Below are positions 58,712 through 64,000 of a DNA stretch of 64,000 bases, piece by piece (position 1 is the stretch's first letter; each line of letters starts with the position of its first letter). The notes under the pieces are model-generated. The model saw only the letters and a program-made list of their open reading frames with translations, did no database searches and was not told the DNA's origin. Position numbers and translations under genes: made by a program. The stretch is taken from the NCBI GenBank assembly GCA_012522475.1, contig JAAYKH010000030.1:22063-86062 (forward strand), written 5' to 3'. The DNA is from Chloroflexota bacterium. GTDB lineage: Bacteria; Chloroflexota; Anaerolineae; Anaerolineales; Anaerolineaceae.

Positions 58712-60100
58712 TCAATCTCCGGTTAATAAACGTTTCGCAGCCTGGTTGTGTTTCTTCACCAAAGTCGGAACGTTAACGGTCATCAATTCGCCATCTTTGA
58801 CGATTATTTTTCCGCCGACAATGTTGATGTCCACCTTTTGAGGGGCACAGAACAAAGCCGCGGCCACAGGGTCGTGTAGGGCGCCGGCATAATCCAGGCG
58901 GTCGAGGTTAATGGCAAACAAGTCGGCACACTTTCCTACCGCCAGCGAGCCAATATCCTCCCGCCCCAGCACGGCAGCCCCTCCCCGGGTGGCAATTTCA
59001 AGCGCTTGCCGGGCAGTCATCAGCGGCGGCGCATCCTCACCAGACCTTGAAGCGCCCCCCAGCCCGGCGTTTAATCGGGCCAGCAACATTGCCAGGCGTG
59101 CCTCACCTAAAAGGTGAGAACTATCGTTGCTGGATGAACCATCCACCCCCAATCCAACCTTGACGCCCCTGGTCAACATTTCCAAAATAGGCGCAATTCC
59201 CGAAGCCAGGCGCATATTGGAACCGGGGCAGTGGGCCACACCACAACCTGTGTCGGCATATAACTGAATCTCTGCATCGTTCACATGCACACTGTGCGCA
59301 AACCACACATCCTCACCAATCCAGCCGACCTCCTGCATATAAGCCACCGGGCGGTGCCCGAATTTTTCAATACAGAAGTCCTCTTCATCCTGGGTTTCTG
59401 CCAGGTGCGTGTGTAAATGCACCCCGTATTCACGCGCCAGCAAAGCCGATTGTCGCATCAATTCGCCAGTCACACTGAAGGGTGAACAGGGCGCCAGCAC
59501 AACTTGCACCATGGAACCCGGTGAAGGGTCATGGTAGGTTTCAATCAAACGCTGGCTGTCTTTGAGGATATCCTCCTCCGAATCCACCACGCTATCCGGC
59601 GGCAGCCCCCCGGCAGATTCACCCAGGCTCATCGAACCGCGTGAGGCGTGCAAGCGCAAACCGATCTCAGCCGCCCCCATAATTTGGTCATCCAGCCGGG
59701 AGCCATTTGGAAACAGGTAAAGGTGGTCAGACGCCGTCGTACAGCCTGAAAACGCCAGTTCGGCCAGTGCCGTTTGGGTTGAGATGAAAATATCTTCCGG
59801 CCCCATCCGGGCCCAGATCGGGTACAAAGTTACCAGCCAGTTGAACAGGTTGGCATTTTGAGCCTTGGGCACAGCCCGGGTCAACGTTTGATAGAAATGG
59901 TGATGCGTGTTAACAAAGCCCGGAAAAACAATATGCCCGCAGAGATCGAGATCTTCGTCGACCTCTGCGGGCATATCCGTTAATGCGCCAATCGCTTGAA
60001 TGAAACCATCCTTTATGTAAAGGTTGGTGTTTTGCAGCTCCTGGCGTTGGTCATCCATCGTGACCAAGATTTCAATATTTTTTATTCTTAAGGTTGACAT
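58712..60100 (-). CDS. 8-oxoguanine deaminase / SsnA-AtzB family amidohydrolase
   Basis: PGFVNTHHHFYQTLTR, SDHLY, RGSMS, PCSPFSV, HTHLAET, WFAHSVH, HCPGSNMRLASG, GVDGSSSND. Confidence 0.88.
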   Translation of the reverse strand: MSTLRIKNIEILVTMDDQRQELQNTNLYIKDGFIQAIGALTDMPAEVDEDLDLCGHIVFPGFVNTHHHFYQTLTRAVPKAQNANLFNWLVTLYPIWARMGPEDIFISTQTALAELAFSGCTTASDHLYLFPNGSRLDDQIMGAAEIGLRLHASRGSMSLGESAGGLPPDSVVDSEEDILKDSQRLIETYHDPSPGSMVQVVLAPCSPFSVTGELMRQSALLAREYGVHLHTHLAETQDEEDFCIEKFGHRPVAYMQEVGWIGEDVWFAHSVHVNDAEIQLYADTGCGVAHCPGSNMRLASGIAPILEMLTRGVKVGLGVDGSSSNDSSHLLGEARLAMLLARLNAGLGGASRSGEDAPPLMTARQALEIATRGGAAVLGREDIGSLAVGKCADLFAINLDRLDYAGALHDPVAAALFCAPQKVDINIVGGKIIVKDGELMTVNVPTLVKKHNQAAKRLLTGD

Positions 60101-60235
60101 AAGCATCCATCTTTTTTAGTGAGTTAGCTAGATATTTAGTCAACCTAATTTTATCGAAAGAACGTGTTATCGTCAATTGTCTGACAAATTTAAAAATGCA
60201 CAACCCTTGATTCTTTAAGGGTGCAACGCCCCCGG

Positions 60236-61981
60236 TTACGAGCCGCAATATATATTTTGTTTAATTGTCTCAATGGCCTCATCAACCGACATAACCCAGC
60301 GCTCATCTTGTGTACGCCGCTTGAATTCAAAGCCCCCTCCCGTCAGCGAACGATCAGAGATGGTCACGCGCAACGGAATGCCAATCAGATCCGCATCATT
60401 GAACTTGACACCGGCGCGTTCATTCCGATCATCATACAACGGTTCCAATCCAGATTTAATTAATGCTTGGTAGAAGGTCTCAGCTTCTTTTTCTACAGAG
60501 CCGTCCTTGCTCCCCAATACCACCAGGTGTACCGGGTACGGCGTTATCGAGTCAGGCCAGATCAAACCCTGCGAATCGTGGTGTTCTTCGGCCACACAGG
60601 CCATCAATCTGCCCACATCGATCCCATAAGACCCCATGAGGATTGAGTGAGGTTGCCCGGCCTCATCCAGGTATGAGGCCCCCACGGCATCAGTATAACA
60701 GCTACCCAATTTGAAAATATTGCCCACTGTAACACCACATTGGGCCTTCAGCCGCCCCCCGCAATGCGGGCAGTGCGCGCCGTCCTCAGCCATAACAATA
60801 TCCGCGACAATGTCCGCCTGGTAATCCCGTCCCAGGTTGGTATTGCATAAGTGGTAACCTGGCTCATTCGCCCCGGCTACCAGGTTGGGCGCCCTTAAAA
60901 GCAAGTCATCAGCTACAACCCAGACTTTTTCACGCTCAATGCCAACCGGTGAGCCATATCCCGGACTGGCGCCAATGGCTGCAATTTCAACATCTGTCGC
61001 CGGCACCAGGTTTATAACGTTACCCTTTCCAGCTGCACTTAACGCGTTGCTCAATTTAGTTTCATTTAAGGTCATATCGCCCCGTAAGACGGCAAACACC
61101 ATACGGGGTGAGGGGTCTTCAGCCACTTCTGCCATTAAAAAGATCGCTTTCGCAGTTTTCGCCGGAGAAATACCCAGGTAAGCCGCCAACTCAGCAATCG
61201 TAGACGCCCCGGGCGTGGCAACTTTTTCCAGTGGTTGCAGCTCCTCAACCTCCGGATCAGGTTTTCTAAAAACAGCCACCTGGCGATTGGCTGCGTAATC
61301 ACATTGTGTGCAAAACAACAACGTCTCTTCGCCCCCAGGCGTCAGGTAGATATATTCGTGTGCCTCCAGCCCTCCCATCCTGCCCGCATCCGCCCCCACC
61401 GCCCTGACAGGTAAACCACAGCGATTAAAGATACGGAAGTAAGCTTCGTAATGTGCTTGGTATTGGCGATCCAACCCCTCTCGGTCGCGGTCCAGGCTGT
61501 AGCTGTCCAGCGTGGTAAATTCCCGAGCTCGAATCAACCCCGCCCGCGGTCGGGAATCATCCCTGAATTTGTCCTGAATGTGATAGAGCAGCTGGGGCAG
61601 CTGCCGGTATGATTGAATCTCTCGCCGTGTCAGGTGAGCCACCGCAGCCTCGAAAGCTGCAGCCAAAACCATGTCATGGTCGCTGCGATCTTTAAACCGA
61701 ACTGTCACATCATCCATTTGGCTCAGGCGGCTACCCTGCTGCCCGATATCCGCCGGCTGTACCAACGGCATTTTGAGTTCCTGGCCCCCAATCGCCGCCA
61801 TTTCCTCGCGCATGATGTTTTCAATGCGGGTCAACACCCGCTGAGCCCGAGGTAAATGGGCATAGATACCCGGCGCCAACGGGCGAATAAAACCTGCTCT
61901 GAGCAATAATTGATGGCTGGCGATCTCCACTTCGGAAGGCGCATCGCGCAGGGTTGTCCCGAACAGCTTCGACATGCGCAT
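60236..61981 (-). CDS. Prolyl-tRNA synthetase paralog (type IIa with INS editing domain), aminoacylation motifs degenerate
   Basis: Overall ProS architecture, but THEE->AFEA, WxESGRW->GQQGSRL, MKD->TLD, GxEVG->GVTVG, GIGxxR->GIDVGR. Confidence 0.85.
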   Translation of the reverse strand: MRMSKLFGTTLRDAPSEVEIASHQLLLRAGFIRPLAPGIYAHLPRAQRVLTRIENIMREEMAAIGGQELKMPLVQPADIGQQGSRLSQMDDVTVRFKDRSDHDMVLAAAFEAAVAHLTRREIQSYRQLPQLLYHIQDKFRDDSRPRAGLIRAREFTTLDSYSLDRDREGLDRQYQAHYEAYFRIFNRCGLPVRAVGADAGRMGGLEAHEYIYLTPGGEETLLFCTQCDYAANRQVAVFRKPDPEVEELQPLEKVATPGASTIAELAAYLGISPAKTAKAIFLMAEVAEDPSPRMVFAVLRGDMTLNETKLSNALSAAGKGNVINLVPATDVEIAAIGASPGYGSPVGIEREKVWVVADDLLLRAPNLVAGANEPGYHLCNTNLGRDYQADIVADIVMAEDGAHCPHCGGRLKAQCGVTVGNIFKLGSCYTDAVGASYLDEAGQPHSILMGSYGIDVGRLMACVAEEHHDSQGLIWPDSITPYPVHLVVLGSKDGSVEKEAETFYQALIKSGLEPLYDDRNERAGVKFNDADLIGIPLRVTISDRSLTGGGFEFKRRTQDERWVMSVDEAIETIKQNIYCGS

Positions 61982-61984
61982 TGT

Positions 61985-62455
61985 CTATTCCATCTCCTGG
62001 CGACCGTTTTCTTCGGCTGGCTGTTCCAGTTTATCAGGTTCATCGCCGGGTAAATCAGAAAGATCAATCTTTTCTTCCATGGTCACCTTGCCCCGCAAAA
62101 AAGCACCCTCATTAGTGGAAATTGATTGAATAATCACATCACCATACACCCGTCCGGTGGCACGAATTTCTAATTTTTCCGCGACAATCTGTCCGCTTAC
62201 CGACCCCGCCACAATCACCGTCCCCGCTTTAAGCACCTTGCAGGTCACCCTGCCAGTCTCACCAATTGTGACCAATCCGCGCACAGCAACTTCGCCTTCC
62301 AAGGCACCTTCAATGCGAACACCGCCTTTTCCGCGCAGATCACCTTTCCAGCTGATACCAGGCCCCAGTACCGAGGTCACCCGTTCAACCGGCTTGATTG
62401 AGGAAACGTCAGGAGTAGATTTCTTTTTTGCAAACATACGCTCACTGCCTTTCAT
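61985..62455 (-). CDS. Bactofilin (polymer-forming cytoskeletal protein)
   Basis: SVLGPGISWKGDL..GGVRIEG..V.I.ETGRV..VIVAGSVSGQI..LEIRATGRVYGDV. Start is 62455 or 62437. Confidence 0.92.
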   Translation of the reverse strand: MKGSERMFAKKKSTPDVSSIKPVERVTSVLGPGISWKGDLRGKGGVRIEGALEGEVAVRGLVTIGETGRVTCKVLKAGTVIVAGSVSGQIVAEKLEIRATGRVYGDVIIQSISTNEGAFLRGKVTMEEKIDLSDLPGDEPDKLEQPAEENGRQEME

Positions 62456-62501
62456 GGTAGATGCGTTTATTTTGTTGTTAACCAAGATTTCGAAAGCTGG
62501 T

Positions 62502-63614
62502 TCAGCGCCTTGGCGGCCAGATCGTTCCAGCAGGAACAATTCCGTCCTCGGGCACATCTGCTTTGACAGTTGCCCCGTTGCCAATGCGCGCCCGTTCGCC
62601 TATACGCACATTCAGGTTGACCGTGGCACGCATGCCAACCAGGGCTGCTTCGCCCACCTTCACACCGCCAGCCAGGGTTGCCCCCGGCGAAAGGTTGACA
62701 AAAGGCGCCAACTCACAATCATGTGAGATAATCACGCCAGTATTGATCAGGCAGCCAAAACCAACCCGAACCCTGATCCCAATGTACGCCAAGGGGAAAA
62801 CCTGAATACCATCATCCAGAACCGCGCTTTCTTCTAAAAAAGCGGTGCGGTGAACCACCGTGGGGCAATGGAAACCCGTTTCTGCCAAGCGTTCATACAC
62901 CTGCAAACGGGCTGGTAAATCGCTGATCCCACCCACACCATTTACCGCCAGGCGAACCCCATCCTGAGTCAGTTTACTCAGTTTTTCTCCCCCCCCTAAC
63001 ACGGACAACCCATCGATCTGCATGCCCGGCTGTAAGCCATCATCCAGGAAGCCAAGCAGCTCGTAATTTCCGGAATGGCGTATCAGGGCAGCTAATGAAC
63101 TGCCATGCCCACCTCCACCGTAAATCACCAGCCGTTTTTCTCCTTCCGGGATGGCTGCTCTGGCTGCCGGTTGATCCGCAGAAATAAGCGCCAGAACCAT
63201 TTCTCGGGTTACCAGAACACCCTGCGGTAACCCTTCCAGCGTCAGGCCCTTCGCCAGGGCTAATTCATGCGCCGGCTCGGTGATGCGTAAACCCGGCAGT
63301 GAGGGTTGTCCCCCGCCTTCTCTAAACAGGACATCTGCCCAGGGTGGCAGAGATGGGTCTTTGGCGTCAGGCGCAGCACCAATGTACCCCAGCACATCGC
63401 CTGCCTGCAAAGTGTCGCCTTCTTCATACAGCATCCCCACGAGATAACCGCTGGATTCTGCTCGAATTTCACCGGTAGATTTGGTTGTTTCGATCACTGC
63501 AACCATCTCTCCCCGGGTTATCACCGCTCCTTCTTTGACCGCCAGCGAAACAAGCAGGGCTTCTGGTTCGTTGGGGTTTACCAACGGGATTTTGATCGGG
63601 ATCAGTTTATCCAT
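62502..63614 (-). CDS. Fusion: lipoyl domain + E3/E1-binding (PSBD)-like segment + PglD/NeuD sugar acyltransferase
   Basis: VIETTKSTGEI lipoyl motif; RITEPAHELA..KGL..VTREMV PSBD-like; LVIYGGGGHG Rossmann domain; hexapeptide repeats with INTGVIISHDC. Confidence 0.85.
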   Translation of the reverse strand: MDKLIPIKIPLVNPNEPEALLVSLAVKEGAVITRGEMVAVIETTKSTGEIRAESSGYLVGMLYEEGDTLQAGDVLGYIGAAPDAKDPSLPPWADVLFREGGGQPSLPGLRITEPAHELALAKGLTLEGLPQGVLVTREMVLALISADQPAARAAIPEGEKRLVIYGGGGHGSSLAALIRHSGNYELLGFLDDGLQPGMQIDGLSVLGGGEKLSKLTQDGVRLAVNGVGGISDLPARLQVYERLAETGFHCPTVVHRTAFLEESAVLDDGIQVFPLAYIGIRVRVGFGCLINTGVIISHDCELAPFVNLSPGATLAGGVKVGEAALVGMRATVNLNVRIGERARIGNGATVKADVPEDGIVPAGTIWPPRR

Positions 63615-64000
63615 GATGAAACACCATTTCTCTTACTCGGGCAATGATATCTTCGTCACCGGGCAGGGATGCCAATTCAAGGTCAGGCGCCACAGGGATT
63701 ACACCCTCCCTGGCGGCCAGGCGTCCCGCTTGTTTTAAGTTTGTCCCCAGTTCCTCTGCCGTTCGTGCGACCACCTCCGCACCCCAACCCAATGAGAAAG
63801 TGCCTTCCTCAACCGTGAGCAAGCGGCCTGTGCACCTCACAGAGTCGAACACTTCCTTCAATTCAAAGGGCGCCAGCTGGGTAGGTACCAACAATTCACA
63901 GAAAATTTCCATTTCATAAGCCAGTTTGCGCATCGCACCAAGCGCCAAATGAGCCATATAGCCATAAGCTGCCAGGGTCAGTGTTGCTTGTGGCGCTGAT
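63607..64000 (-). CDS. 2-oxoacid dehydrogenase E1 beta / transketolase C-terminal domain (5' end outside window)
   Basis: Frame open to the window end: ATLTLAAYGYM...TGRLLTVEEG..GWGAEV..RLAA..IPVA..LE..LP. Confidence 0.85.
   Translation of the reverse strand, partial: SAPQATLTLAAYGYMAHLALGAMRKLAYEMEIFCELLVPTQLAPFELKEVFDSVRCTGRLLTVEEGTFSLGWGAEVVARTAEELGTNLKQAGRLAAREGVIPVAPDLELASLPGDEDIIARVREMVFHHG

Overview
This is a gene-dense bacterial window, mostly on the minus strand. The protein families and 'LAC/GC' lipoproteins suggest an anaerobic Chloroflexota (Anaerolineae-like) organism; that is inference only. 1-20 kb: surface-glycan locus with a nonulosonic-acid pathway (PseB, RmlD-like reductase, NeuB-type synthase, SpsF-type cytidylyltransferase), Wzm/Wzt export, an interrupted GDP-fucose synthase, three GT-C-like membrane proteins, and a GT4/acyltransferase/CDP-alcohol phosphotransferase triad. 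20-44 kb: sbcD, tRNA-Asn, PFOR with a DHOD-like partner, LysM, HtrA, an aeRF1-like protein followed by a ~280-nt structured RNA candidate, an L,D-transpeptidase, a G3PDH-like triad, M32 peptidase, serA, selB and a coiled-coil protein. 44-60 kb: a degenerate antiporter-like membrane module and a ygeW/ygeY/hydA/carbamate kinase purine-catabolism cluster. 60-64 kb: a ProRS paralog with a degenerate active site, a bactofilin, and a lipoyl-domain/PglD-NeuD acyltransferase fusion next to a 2-oxoacid dehydrogenase E1-beta gene. I saw no CRISPR array, transposase or integrase. The top leads are the E1 + lipoyl-acyltransferase fusion, the ProRS pseudo-enzyme, the structured RNA and the purine-catabolism variant.
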